Assembly (NCBI GenBank): GCA_965214495.1
Contig: OZ243958.1
Span: forward strand, 22,372 to 86,371
Direction of reading: 5' to 3'
Length of the DNA stretch: 64,000 bases
DNA from: Alphaproteobacteria bacterium
GTDB taxonomy: Bacteria > Pseudomonadota > Alphaproteobacteria > UBA7887
Shown one piece after another: positions 41,477 through 51,478 of this stretch. Position 1 is the stretch's first letter. Each line of letters begins with the position of its first letter. The translations under genes were made by a program, and so were the position numbers. The notes beneath the pieces were generated by a model. The model was not told where the DNA came from. It saw nothing but the letters and a program-made list of their open reading frames with translations, and did no database searches.

Positions 41477-41836
41477 ATGACCGGAATCGTAAGCGGATCG
41501 ACGGCGGAGTACGACTTGTATATGACCGAGGCGGCCGCGCGCCGCGTCAAGGCCATCGCCACCGCAGAAGAGGGCGACGCTTTCGTCCGCGTCGCCGTTC
41601 TCGGCGGCGGCTGTTCGGGATTCCAGTATCGGTTCTTGATCGACCAGGCCGAGAACGACGACGACCTGCGTATCGAACGCGACGGCGCGGTGATCCTGGT
41701 GGACGATGTTTCGGTAGGCTTGTTGCAGGGTTCCGAGATCGATTTCTACGAAGGGCTCGAAGGGTCGATGTTCATGGTAAGCAATCCCAACGCCACCGCG
41801 TCGTGCGGCTGCGGCACCTCGTTCTCGATCGGCTGA
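41477..41836 (+). CDS. erpA: A-type Fe-S cluster carrier (ErpA/HesB family)
   Basis: GGGCSGFQY, NPNATASCGCGTSF; upstream of xth. Confidence 0.88.
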   Translation: MTGIVSGSTAEYDLYMTEAAARRVKAIATAEEGDAFVRVAVLGGGCSGFQYRFLIDQAENDDDLRIERDGAVILVDDVSVGLLQGSEIDFYEGLEGSMFMVSNPNATASCGCGTSFSIG

Positions 41837-41879
41837 ACCGGCCGCGGCGGCCCGACCCCGCCGGCGCAAGACCCGCACC

Positions 41880-42665
41880 GTGAGAATCGCGACCTGGAAC
41901 GTCAATTCGATCAGGGCGCGGCTCGCCAACGCGCTAGCCTGGCTCGACAGCGCGGCGCCCGACGTCGTGTTGCTGCAGGAGATCAAGACCACGCAAGACG
42001 CGTTCCCGCGGCTGGAGATCGAAGAGCGCGGCTATCGCTGCGCCGTGGTTGGGCAGAAGAGCTACAACGGCGTCGCCATTCTGTCGAAATACCCGATCGA
42101 CAACGTGGTGACGGCCTTGCCCGGCGATGCTTCGGACGACCAAGCGCGCTATGTCGAAGCGTGGATCGACGCCGGCAATGCCGGCCTGCGCGCGGCGTCG
42201 CTCTATTTGCCCAACGGCAACCCGGTCGAAAGCGATAAATACCCCTACAAGCTGGCCTGGATGGAGCGCCTCACGCGCCACGCCGAGAAACTGCTCACGG
42301 AGGAAGAGCCGGTGGTGCTGGGGGGCGACTATAACGTGATCCCGGCGCCGCAAGACGTGTACGACCCGGCCGCGTGGGCCGACGACGCCCTGTTCCGCCT
42401 GGAAACGCGGCGTCGGTTCCGCATGTTGCTGAACCTGGGCTACACCGAGGCGTTCCGCGCGCTGCACCGCGAATCTGGCCGCTACAGTTTCTGGGATTAC
42501 CAGGGCCGCGCCTTCGAAGCCGACCACGGCCTGCGCATCGACCATCTGCTTTTGTCGCCACAAGCGGCCGACCGCCTCGAGGCGTGCGACATCGACATAG
42601 CGCCGCGCGGGAAGACGAAAGCCTCGGACCACACGCCGGTGTGGTGCGAACTCGGCGACCGGTAG
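41880..42665 (+). CDS. xth: Exodeoxyribonuclease III
   Basis: IATWNVNSIRAR, LQEIK, YNGVA, YLPNGN, GDYN, GLRIDH, SDH. Confidence 0.96.
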   Translation: MRIATWNVNSIRARLANALAWLDSAAPDVVLLQEIKTTQDAFPRLEIEERGYRCAVVGQKSYNGVAILSKYPIDNVVTALPGDASDDQARYVEAWIDAGNAGLRAASLYLPNGNPVESDKYPYKLAWMERLTRHAEKLLTEEEPVVLGGDYNVIPAPQDVYDPAAWADDALFRLETRRRFRMLLNLGYTEAFRALHRESGRYSFWDYQGRAFEADHGLRIDHLLLSPQAADRLEACDIDIAPRGKTKASDHTPVWCELGDR

Positions 42666-42697
42666 CCACGCGGTCCGGCGGCGCCGGCGCGACCCGC

Positions 42698-43468
42698 GTG
42701 TCGACGGAACGCCATCCGGCACACGGAGACGCGGGCTCGCCGCCGGGGATCGTCGTCCGGTCGGCGCGCCTCGTTCATGAATCGACGGTCCTGTTCGAAG
42801 ATCTGTCGCTAGAGGTCGCCGCCGGACGGATCACCTGCCTGCTGGGGCCGAGCGGCGTCGGCAAGACCAGCCTGCTGCGCCTGATCGCCGGCCTGACCGC
42901 GGGCGGACATGGCGGGCAGGTCGTGGGCACCGACTCGATGCCGGTGGCGGGGCGCGTCGCCTGGATGGCGCAATCCGACTTGCTCCTGCCATGGTTGAGC
43001 GCGCTCGACAACGTCGCGCTGGGGCCGCGGCTCCGTGGCGAGCGCGGCAGGCGCGGCGTGGCGCGGGCCTTGCTCGCCGACGTCGGTCTCGCCGGCGCCG
43101 AGGCGCTGCGTCCGGCGGCGTTGTCGGGCGGGATGCGTCAGCGCGTGGCGCTCGCACGCACCCTGCTCGAGGACCGGCCGATCGTGCTCATGGACGAGCC
43201 GTTCGCAGCGCTTGACGCGATCACTCGCGCCCGGCTTCAGGAACTCGCCGTAGCCCGGCTCGGCGGGCGGACGGTGCTGATGGTGACCCACGACCCCCTG
43301 GAAGCGATCCGCATCGCCGATCGCATCGCCGTGATGGCGGGGCGTCCCGCGCGTCTCGGCGAACCCTTGACCCCGCCGGGCCGGGCGCCGCGCGATCCCT
43401 CGATACCCGCGCTCGCCGCGCTTTACGGCCGGCTCATGGGTTCGCTGACCGCAGCCGGGGCGGCGTGA
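42698..43468 (+). CDS. NitT/TauT-family ABC ATP-binding protein (ThiZ-like)
   Basis: GPSGVGKT, LLLPWL, LSGGMRQR, LMDEPF, VTHD; start approximate. Confidence 0.88.
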   Translation: MSTERHPAHGDAGSPPGIVVRSARLVHESTVLFEDLSLEVAAGRITCLLGPSGVGKTSLLRLIAGLTAGGHGGQVVGTDSMPVAGRVAWMAQSDLLLPWLSALDNVALGPRLRGERGRRGVARALLADVGLAGAEALRPAALSGGMRQRVALARTLLEDRPIVLMDEPFAALDAITRARLQELAVARLGGRTVLMVTHDPLEAIRIADRIAVMAGRPARLGEPLTPPGRAPRDPSIPALAALYGRLMGSLTAAGAA

Positions 43469-44235
43469 ACGCCCCCGCCTGGCTGCGCGCCGTCGTCGTC
43501 GCGGGCGGGCTGACGGGGGTGTGGGCGGCGATCGCCCACGGTTTCGCGCTGCCGCCGTATATCCTGCCCGGACCCGAGCTCGTCGTTGCGGCATGGTGGC
43601 GGCGCGCGCCGCTGATCCTCGATCACGCCGCTGTGACGCTGGCCGAAATTCTCCTCGGCCTCGGGATCGGCGGGATGATCGGCGCTGCCAGCGCGCTGAG
43701 TCTGGCATTTTTCCGGCCTGCGCGGGCCTGGTTGATGCCGGTTCTGGTGGTTTCGCAGGCGGTTCCAGTGTTCGCGCTGGCGCCGATTCTGGTGCTTTGG
43801 CTCGGCTACGGCATGGCCTCGAAAGTGGCGATGGCGGTCCTGATCATCTATTTCCCGGTCACGGCGACGTTCTACGACGGGCTGCGGCGTACCGATCCCG
43901 GCTGGCTCGACCTCGCGGCGACCATGGGCGCGTCGCGGCGTGCGGCCCTGCTGCGGATCCGTGTGCCGGCGGCGCTGCCGGCCTTCGCCTCGGGTCTGCG
44001 TGTCGCGGCCGCCGCCGCGCCCATCGGCGCGGTGGTCGGCGAATGGGTGGGCGCCAGCGCCGGTCTCGGCTATCTGATGATGCACGCCAACGGGCGGATG
44101 CAGATCGACCTGATGTTCGCCGCCCTGTTGACGTTGGCGGCCATCGCGTTGACGCTTTACGCGGTCGTCGATCGGGCGTCGCGCCGATTGTTGCCCTGGC
44201 AACCGGATTCGGTACCTGAAGATCGACCGGATTGA
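43465..44235 (+). CDS. NitT/TauT-family ABC permease (ThiX-like)
   Basis: SQAVPVFALAPILVLWLGYG, PIGAVVGEWVGASAGLG. Confidence 0.9.
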   Translation: MNAPAWLRAVVVAGGLTGVWAAIAHGFALPPYILPGPELVVAAWWRRAPLILDHAAVTLAEILLGLGIGGMIGAASALSLAFFRPARAWLMPVLVVSQAVPVFALAPILVLWLGYGMASKVAMAVLIIYFPVTATFYDGLRRTDPGWLDLAATMGASRRAALLRIRVPAALPAFASGLRVAAAAAPIGAVVGEWVGASAGLGYLMMHANGRMQIDLMFAALLTLAAIALTLYAVVDRASRRLLPWQPDSVPEDRPD

Positions 44236-44488
44236 GGTAGTCGGTCATTTCGTTCGGGAGCGGCAGAGACGCGCATCACGCGCCCCGGACGGTAATCGTG
44301 CGGTCGCCAACCCGTTCGTTGCGGCGGAAGACCTTGTCGTTCCAGGATTTGTCCGCACCGCCGTCGAAGATCGCCAAATGACCGGCGTGCGCGGCGCATC
44401 AGACCCGCCTCGCTTGAACCAATACGGTCAAGATGGGATAAGAGCGAGGCTTGAGCTTTGCGAACTGTGCAATCGGGAGGAATCGTCC

Positions 44489-44731
44489 GTGAACGGGGCT
44501 CGAATCGAGTCTCAGATGGGCGTGCGGGTCGATGTTCGCGAGGACGAGGTGGGCTGCATCTCGTACTGTCCGGCGCTGGATGTGCGCAGCCAAGGCGACA
44601 CTGAACAGGAGGCGCTTGACAATCTGAGCGAGGCCCTGCGGCTGTTCATATTGTCCTATTTCGAACGCGGCAGGCTGGAGCGGGTTCTCAAGGACCGAGG
44701 TTTCGAAGCGCGAGACGCGCGCGCCCCTTGA
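44489..44731 (+). CDS. HicB-like antitoxin
   Basis: ISYCPALDVRSQGDTEQEALDNLSEALRLF; GGGAGG RBS. Confidence 0.8.
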   Translation: MNGARIESQMGVRVDVREDEVGCISYCPALDVRSQGDTEQEALDNLSEALRLFILSYFERGRLERVLKDRGFEARDARAP

Positions 44732-45067
44732 CGGCGACCGCGTCCTCCACGTTCTGTTGCCGCTCGTCGCCGGCAATGCCCAAGCTCACGCCGTTTGAGC
44801 GGCGGAGTTCGTCGCTGCCGTTCGGCACGCCGCGCAGTGCGAGCCGGGGGAGGTCTCGCCGGCCTGTCGTGGCGCGTGCAGGACGGAATATTTCTTCTGC
44901 CGATGAGGCCGGTCAGGTCGTCGAGATCGACACGCTCCAATGGTCGTCGGGACGGATGGGGCCGGCGGTGTTGAAGAAGCGCATGGCGACCCGTACGACA
45001 TGTTGGCGGTGGGCCATCGCGCGTTCTCTTGCGATCGCACCGTGCATGGAATGCGGATGAGGACGCG

Positions 45068-46094
45068 ATGGACACTCGGGATCGTTGCCGCGGCGCACTT
45101 GTCGGCCTCGCGGTCGGCAATTTGCTGGGCGTTCGCCAAGAGGGCTGGTCCCGGGGCCGCATTCTGTCCCGCTATCCGAACGGCATCCGCGAGATCGAAG
45201 CCGATCCCGGCGAACCCGACGACGACGATCTCGCACAAGCGATCGTCCTCGCCGAAGCGTGCCTGGAAAAAGACTCTCTTGACGCCGACGATCTCGCCCG
45301 GCGGTTCTGGGTGTGGGGCGAAGAAAACGGTCTGGGCATCGGCATTCTGACGGCGGCGGTGCTGGCGCGTTACGGCGGCCGTCATCCCCGATGCGCCGGT
45401 GGCCGAGGCGTCGCGTCGCGACTTCCGGCGGGACGTCCGGCTCTCGAGGCGGCGCGTGAAGTTTGGGAAGACTCCGGCCGTAACCGCCGCCGGCAACGGT
45501 GCGGTCATGCGTTGCGCCCCTCTCGCGATTCGCTGGATGAACGACGACGGCACACTGGTCCGCAACAGCGTTGTCAGCGCCGGTGTGACCCATTGGGACC
45601 CGCGCTGTATCTGGTCCACCGTGTTGGTGAACCTCGCGACCGCCTCACTGCTTCGGGATGGGGCTGTCGAGGAAGCGGGTCTCGCCGAGCGTATGAACGA
45701 GACGGTGTCGGCGCGCCGCGGCGAGCTGGCGCAACTCGGGATCGACCTCGCCGCGGTCGCGCCGTCGGCGGTGGTCGAAGCCCTGTCGGTCGCAAAGGGG
45801 TCGTCTCCCGACGATGTCGTCAACGACGGCCAGGGCATCGGCTACACCCTGAAGGCGATGCGGGTTGCGTTGTGGTGCGCGTGGCGGGCGCGGGATTTTG
45901 AAGAGGCCCTGATAGCCGTGGTCAGTGCCGGCGGCGACACGGATACGAATGGCGCCATTGCCGGCGCGGTGCTTGGCGCGCGGTTCGGCCTCGGTACGAT
46001 TCCGGCGCGATGGCGCCATTGCGTCTCCGCGCTGCGAAGCGGTCGCACGGCCATCGAAGTTTGGGCCGATCGCTTGCTCGCGGTTGCCGCCTGA
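45068..46094 (+). pseudogene. ADP-ribosylglycohydrolase, frameshifted near 45484
   Basis: RGALVGLAVGNLLG, DDDLAQ in one frame; AGNGAVMRCAP, THWDP, GGDTDTNGAIAGAVLGA in the next. Confidence 0.85.
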
Positions 46095-46417
46095 CCCCCC
46101 CTTCGCCACCAGATCCCTGCATGTGCCTCCAGCGAAATCGCCGTCTTCGACACGGTCGTCTTCCTCGCCTGGCGCCCTGCTTTACTCGGCCATGGTGTTT
46201 CGGCGTCGCCCGGTCGGCAGGGAAATGGTCTCATGCGCAGCGATCGAAAGCGGATGATGAACGAGACGCCGGTCCGCGGTGAAGAGCCTGAGACCCTCTT
46301 CCTGGGCATGGACCAACAGAAGTTCGTCGAACGGCTCCTCCTTGTGATCGAGCGGCGCGATCCCGGCTCGATGGGCCGCTCGCTCACGACCTCCCTCCGA
46401 TCGTCCGCCAGCCGCGT

Positions 46418-47512
46418 TCAGCGCCGACGCATTCGTGCGAGGCGCGCTCCCGCGGCGATATGGCGGCTTTCCGGGTTGTAGAAATTGCGAAAGGCCGGAT
46501 ACCGGTTCTCTCGCTCCGTATAACGACTGGAGCCTCGCAACACCGAATGTCGCCCATCGAACCACGGCGTCGAATATTCGCGGTAAGGGCGCCAGCGGAA
46601 GCCCGGATAAGGGTGAAACCGGTTCGCGCACCACTCCCAGGCTGCGCCCGCGCCCTCGACCGCGCCGAGCCGGGCGGCCCGCTCCCATTCATATTCGTGC
46701 GGCAGCCGCGCCCCGGCCCAGCGGGCGAAGGCCGCCGCCTCCGACAGGCTGATTCCGGCGACCGCCTCGTCCGGGTCGAGGTCGTGCGGGCCGTCGGCGG
46801 TCACGGCATACCAGGCGTCCGCCGGGTCGCGCCGCCAACCGAACGGTGCTGCGGACCCCGAATCTTCCATGAAGGCGAGATATGTCGCGTTGGAAACCGG
46901 CCGCGCCGCGATTTCGAAAGCCGGGAGACGGATGTGAAAAGGCGGCGCCTCGTTGTCATGCGCGAAGCCGCCCGCCGCGCCGATGTCGCACCCGCCTGCC
47001 GGAATCGACCGCCAGCGCGGCGCGCCCCGCACCGGCACCGGCGGGCGCGAAACCCGCCACGGCGCCGCCGCGCGCAAGTGCCACGCGGCGCGCGCGAGCC
47101 GCACCGTCTCCAGATGCTGGCCGATATGCGCGATGAGGAACGCACGCAGATAACCGCCTTCGGTCAGCGGATGGCCGGGGGCCGAGTCGAGCAGCGCGCG
47201 GTTCTCGGTCATCGTCGCGCGCGCCCATGCGACGAGTTCCTCGCAAGGCGGCAGGGCCGCCGCGCGGCCGCCTTTCGGGGCCTGCTCGGGCAGGCACGAC
47301 CCGGCCAGCGGCGCGGTCAGCCGGTCGTCGCCGAGCACGCGCTCGCGGATCCACAGCGCTTCGACGAACACGCAATGGCGCAAATGCCAGCCGACCGGGC
47401 TGAGCGCCGGGTCAGGGCGCGCGCGACAAGCCGCGTCGTCAAGGCCGGCGACGATGTCGCACAGCGCTGCCTGGAGGACGGCCAGTCGGTCTTCGCGCGC
47501 GGTCTCGCTCAC
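46418..47512 (-). CDS. egtB: EgtB-type non-heme iron sulfoxide synthase (DinB_2 + FGE-sulfatase)
   Basis: SPVGWHLRH, HIGQHLET, RLPHEYEWE, AWEWC, YPGF, EYSTPWF, FRNFY; overlaps egtC stop. Confidence 0.8.
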   Translation of the reverse strand: MSETAREDRLAVLQAALCDIVAGLDDAACRARPDPALSPVGWHLRHCVFVEALWIRERVLGDDRLTAPLAGSCLPEQAPKGGRAAALPPCEELVAWARATMTENRALLDSAPGHPLTEGGYLRAFLIAHIGQHLETVRLARAAWHLRAAAPWRVSRPPVPVRGAPRWRSIPAGGCDIGAAGGFAHDNEAPPFHIRLPAFEIAARPVSNATYLAFMEDSGSAAPFGWRRDPADAWYAVTADGPHDLDPDEAVAGISLSEAAAFARWAGARLPHEYEWERAARLGAVEGAGAAWEWCANRFHPYPGFRWRPYREYSTPWFDGRHSVLRGSSRYTERENRYPAFRNFYNPESRHIAAGARLARMRRR

Positions 47513-48279
47513 AGCGGTTCGACTCGCGGCGGCCGCTCCGACTCGATGACCACGAGATGATGATCGGGAACAGGCTGCCATTCCGGGGAGGCGCTCAGCG
47601 GTTCCGAGGCGATCAGCCAACCCTCGCCGAACAGCGCCGCGTCGCGGCCGACATAGAGCGACGGCGACACGTGGCGCAGCGCATGGCGGGTGGCGTAAAC
47701 GCGCTCGCCATCGCCGAGCATCAGATTGAGGAGCGCGTGATTCCCGCCCAGCCAGCCGTCGAGCCGGGCGAAGACCGCGCGCAGGGCTTGCGGCGCCGGT
47801 TTCTCCGCCATTTCCTGGCGCAACAGGGCGAACAGGTATTCCGAGTCGGTGCTGCCGCGGATCGCCGATTCGTAGGCCGGTTGCAGCGCTTCGCGCAGGG
47901 CCGCACGCACCGCGGCGGTGAAATCCTCGATGAAACCGTTATGCGAGAACAGGAGGCGTCCAACCAGAAACGGGTGCGTGTTCGCCTGGTTGACCGGCAG
48001 TCCCCGTGTTGCGCTGCGCACGTTGGCGAGCCAGAGGCGGCTGGTCAGCGCCTTGCCGAGATGGTCGAGATTGATGTCCGACCAGATCGGCATCGGGTTG
48101 GTATAGACCCCCGCTGTGCCGTCCCCGAGATACCAGCCGATGCCGTAGCCGTCCGCGTTGATCGTCGCCGACACCATCTCGCGGGGCCGGAAAGCCTGTT
48201 CGATCAGGCTGTGCGGCGGATGCAGCAGGAACCGGCCCAACGGCAGGGGCGGCCCGACATAGGCGGCGTGGCGGCACAT
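47509..48279 (-). CDS. egtC: Ergothioneine biosynthesis amidohydrolase EgtC
   Basis: MCRHAAY Ntn start, PPHSL, NADGYGIGWY, VRSAT, SHNG, GSTDSE, IASEPL. Confidence 0.88.
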   Translation of the reverse strand: MCRHAAYVGPPLPLGRFLLHPPHSLIEQAFRPREMVSATINADGYGIGWYLGDGTAGVYTNPMPIWSDINLDHLGKALTSRLWLANVRSATRGLPVNQANTHPFLVGRLLFSHNGFIEDFTAAVRAALREALQPAYESAIRGSTDSEYLFALLRQEMAEKPAPQALRAVFARLDGWLGGNHALLNLMLGDGERVYATRHALRHVSPSLYVGRDAALFGEGWLIASEPLSASPEWQPVPDHHLVVIESERPPRVEPL

Positions 48280-48410
48280 CGGCGGCACCTTTTGGGGGAG
48301 GCGGCAGGCGGGAAATCGCCGGGGCTTGTTTCCCGTAAACGAAATGGTAGCCTGCCGCCGCTCGAGAGACTAGGACCGGCGGCCCGGTGATCGTCGGCGG
48401 AGACTGAACG

Positions 48411-49433
48411 ATGACGTCCGTTGCCGGGACCGTCGAAGCGCATGATCGAGTCGATCGGAAGGTCGTTCCGCAAGCCCGCGCTGTGCCCGTGTTCGAGGAT
48501 GACGTTGTCGCGGGGTTGCTGACCCGACCGTTCGAACTGCCGCCGAAGTATTTTTACGACGAGCGCGGCTCGCAGCTATTCGACCTGATCTGCAAGACCC
48601 CCGAATATTATCTGTCCCGTGCGGAAGACTCGCTTCTGGGTGCGAGCGCCGGGGCCATCATCGACGCGGTTGCGCCGGACGATATTTTCGAGTTCGGCAG
48701 CGGCATGTCGCACAAGACCCGGCGGCTGCTCGACGCCTGCGCCTCCGGCGGGTGCTACCCCAGCTATTCCGCGTTCGACATTTCGGAGCCGGCGCTGAAC
48801 GAAGCGGCGCGCGGCCTGGTGGCCGACTACGACTGGTTGCGTGTGAACTTGCTGGTCGGCGATTACGACGGCGGACTGGCGCATCTGCCGCGCACTGGGG
48901 GGCGGCGGCTGTATTGCTTTCTGGGCAGCACGATCGGCAATTTCTCCCATGCTCGCGCAGTGCGCTTTCTCGGCGAGATCAGGGACCGGATGGCGCCGCA
49001 CGACTACCTTCTTCTCGGCGCCGACCGGCTGAAGGAAGAACGGATCCTCCACGCGGCCTACAACGACAGCCATGGGCTGACCGCGGCGTTCAACCTGAAC
49101 CTGCTCAACGTGCTGAACGACGGTGTCGGCGCCGACTTCGACCTCGACAATTTCGCTCACCGCGCCACGTTCAATGCGCCGGAAAGCCGCATCGAGATGC
49201 GGCTGGTTTCGCTCGCCGACCAAGTCGTGCGGCTGGCGGCGCTCGACTCCGAGTTCGAAGTGGTGCACGGCGACAGTATCCTGACCGAGATCAGCCGCAA
49301 ATTCACTTTGCCGGATCTCTCATCTTTGCTCGACGATGCCGGTTTCGACATCGCCGCTCACTACACGCCCGGCGACGAATGTTTTTCGCTGGTGCTGGCG
49401 CAACCCCACACTCACGGAGACCGTCTTGGCTGA
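48411..49433 (+). CDS. egtD: L-histidine N-alpha-methyltransferase
   Basis: LPPKYFYDERGSQLFD, TPEYY, EFGSG, FLGSTIGNF, AAYNDS, TEISRKF. Confidence 0.93.
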   Translation: MTSVAGTVEAHDRVDRKVVPQARAVPVFEDDVVAGLLTRPFELPPKYFYDERGSQLFDLICKTPEYYLSRAEDSLLGASAGAIIDAVAPDDIFEFGSGMSHKTRRLLDACASGGCYPSYSAFDISEPALNEAARGLVADYDWLRVNLLVGDYDGGLAHLPRTGGRRLYCFLGSTIGNFSHARAVRFLGEIRDRMAPHDYLLLGADRLKEERILHAAYNDSHGLTAAFNLNLLNVLNDGVGADFDLDNFAHRATFNAPESRIEMRLVSLADQVVRLAALDSEFEVVHGDSILTEISRKFTLPDLSSLLDDAGFDIAAHYTPGDECFSLVLAQPHTHGDRLG

Positions 49434-50370
49434 GTTCGCACGCCTTTCGGCAGCGTTTATCCTCGGAATCACGCTCGCCTCGGCCGCGTCGGCGGCCGAC
49501 AAAGTGGTCGTATTGCTCGACTGGTTCGTCAATCCGGACCATGGTCCGCTGATCGTTGCCGACGAGCTCGGCTATTTCGCCGACGAGGGGCTGGAGGTCG
49601 AACTGATCGCGCCCGCGAATCCCGACGATCCGCCGAAGCTGGTCGCGGCCGGGCAGGCCGACGTGGCGGTGTCCTATCAACCGCAACTGCACATCCAGGT
49701 CGCCGAGGGCCTGCCGCTCAAGCGTTTCGCCACCCTCGTGGCGACACCGCTCAATTGTCTCGTGGTGCTGGACGACAGCCCGATCCGGAGCATCGCCGAT
49801 CTCGCGGGGCGCAAGGTCGGGTTCTCGGTCGGCGGTTTCGAAGACGCGCTGCTGGGCGCCATGCTGGCGGGTCACGGCCTCGGCCTCGACGACGTGACGC
49901 TGATCAACGTCAACTTCTCGCTGTCGCCGTCGGTCGTCTCGGGTCGGGTCGACGCGGTGATCGGTGCGTTCCGCAACTTCGAACTCAACCAGATGGCTCT
50001 TTCCGGCAATCCGGGGCGCGCCTTCTACGTCGAAGAGCACGGCGTCCCGGCTTATGACGAACTGATCATGGTCGCCAACGCCGAACTGGCGGACAGCCCT
50101 CGGCTGGCGGCGCTGACCCGGGCGGTGGAGCGCGGGGTGCAGTATCTCGTCAACCATCCGGGGGAAGGCTGGGCGCTGTTCGTCGGCGCGCATCCCGATC
50201 TCGATGACGAACTCAACCGTCTCGCCTGGCGCGATACTCTGCCGCGCTTCGCCTTGCGGCCCGCGGCGCTCGACCGCGGGCGCTACGCGCGTTTCGCCCG
50301 CTTCCTGGCCGAACAGGACCTGATACCGGAGGCGTTGCCGGTCGAAGCCTACGCCGTCGCCTTCAAGTAA
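49426..50370 (+). CDS. NMT1/THI5-family ABC substrate-binding protein (ThiY-like)
   Basis: Signal peptide, LDWFVNPDH, VSYQPQL, GAFRNFE, YDEL, AWRDTLPRFA; start approximate, overlaps egtD end. Confidence 0.88.
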   Translation: MAEFARLSAAFILGITLASAASAADKVVVLLDWFVNPDHGPLIVADELGYFADEGLEVELIAPANPDDPPKLVAAGQADVAVSYQPQLHIQVAEGLPLKRFATLVATPLNCLVVLDDSPIRSIADLAGRKVGFSVGGFEDALLGAMLAGHGLGLDDVTLINVNFSLSPSVVSGRVDAVIGAFRNFELNQMALSGNPGRAFYVEEHGVPAYDELIMVANAELADSPRLAALTRAVERGVQYLVNHPGEGWALFVGAHPDLDDELNRLAWRDTLPRFALRPAALDRGRYARFARFLAEQDLIPEALPVEAYAVAFK

Positions 50371-50386
50371 CCGGGGCCGCGCCGAC

Positions 50387-50851
50387 ATGCCTCATGGTCT
50401 GTTCCTATCGGTCGCTCTGGCGGCGGTGTGGCTGCTGCTGTCGGGTCACTACGACGCCCTGTTTCTGACCTTCGGGGCCTTGTCATGCGCGTTCGCGATG
50501 TTGCTGGCCCGACGATTCGACGTCATCGACCACGAGAACGTCCCGCTGCACCTGTTTCGCCGCCTGCCAGGCTATTGGCTATGGCTGTTGCTTGAGATCG
50601 CCAGGGCGAATATCGACGTCGCGCGCCGCATCCTCGACCCGCGGCTGCCGATCGACCCGCGCCTGTTCGAGGTCCCGACCCGCCAGCGCAGCGATCTCCG
50701 ACGGGTGATCTTCGCGAACTCCATCACGCTCACGCCGGGCACCATCTCGATCGACCTGCGCGGCGAGTCGATCCTCGTCCACGCCCTCACCGCAGAGGGG
50801 CAGGCAGCCCTCGAAACGGGCGAGATGGACGCCAGGGTAGCCGCACTTTAA
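50387..50851 (+). CDS. mnhE: Mrp/Mnh Na+/H+ antiporter subunit E
   Basis: WLLLSGHY, FANSITLTPGT, VHAL. Confidence 0.92.
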   Translation: MPHGLFLSVALAAVWLLLSGHYDALFLTFGALSCAFAMLLARRFDVIDHENVPLHLFRRLPGYWLWLLLEIARANIDVARRILDPRLPIDPRLFEVPTRQRSDLRRVIFANSITLTPGTISIDLRGESILVHALTAEGQAALETGEMDARVAAL

Positions 50852-50858
50852 AGGCACG

Positions 50859-51143
50859 ATGGAACTCCAGTTCGCCGTCGCGGCGGCCGCGCTGCTGGTC
50901 ACCATGGCGCTTGCCGTCGTGCGCGCCGCCGCCGGGCCGACGATCTTCGACCGTATTCTGGCGGTCAATACCTTCGGCACCAAGACGGTGTTGCTGATTG
51001 CCGTTCTCGGCTTTCTGTCGGGCCGGCCCGATTTTCTCGACCTGGGTCTGGTGTATGCGCTGATAAACTTCGTCGGCGTGATCGCGGCGCTGAGATATTT
51101 CAAACTGCGCGCCTTCGGCGACAGCCGCGGGAAAACCTCGTGA
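50859..51143 (+). CDS. mnhF: Mrp/Mnh subunit F
   Basis: GPTIFDRILAVN, LVYALINF. Confidence 0.92.
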   Translation: MELQFAVAAAALLVTMALAVVRAAAGPTIFDRILAVNTFGTKTVLLIAVLGFLSGRPDFLDLGLVYALINFVGVIAALRYFKLRAFGDSRGKTS

Positions 51144-51475
51144 GCGCGGTCGTGGATATCGTCTCCTGGACCTGTGTGCTGCTCGGATCGGTGATCGTGC
51201 TGACCGGCGGAATCGGTCTGATCCGATTGCCCGATCTCTATTCGCGGGGCCATGCGGCGGGCATGACCGACACGCTGGGCGCAGGGTTGATCGTTCTCGG
51301 CATGATGGTCGAAGCAGGGTGGTCGCTGGACTTGGCGCGGCTGGCGTTCATCATGCTCTTCCTCCTGTTCACCAGCCCTGCGGCGAGCCATGCGCTCGCC
51401 TTCGCCGCGTTCTCCGCCGGCGTCGAACCGTGGTCGCGCGAGGGGTCGCGCCGGCGGCCCACCCGGGACGGCTGA
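51140..51475 (+). CDS. mnhG: Mrp/Mnh subunit G
   Basis: GLIRLPDLYSRGHAA, TSPAASHALA. Confidence 0.92.
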   Translation: MSAVVDIVSWTCVLLGSVIVLTGGIGLIRLPDLYSRGHAAGMTDTLGAGLIVLGMMVEAGWSLDLARLAFIMLFLLFTSPAASHALAFAAFSAGVEPWSREGSRRRPTRDG

Positions 51476-51478
51476 CCG

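Noticed and set aside
46418-49433. Selenoneine (senABC) or ovothiol cluster
   Set aside because: No senB or selD-like gene and no C-terminal methyltransferase domain; the egtC and egtD context indicates ergothioneine.
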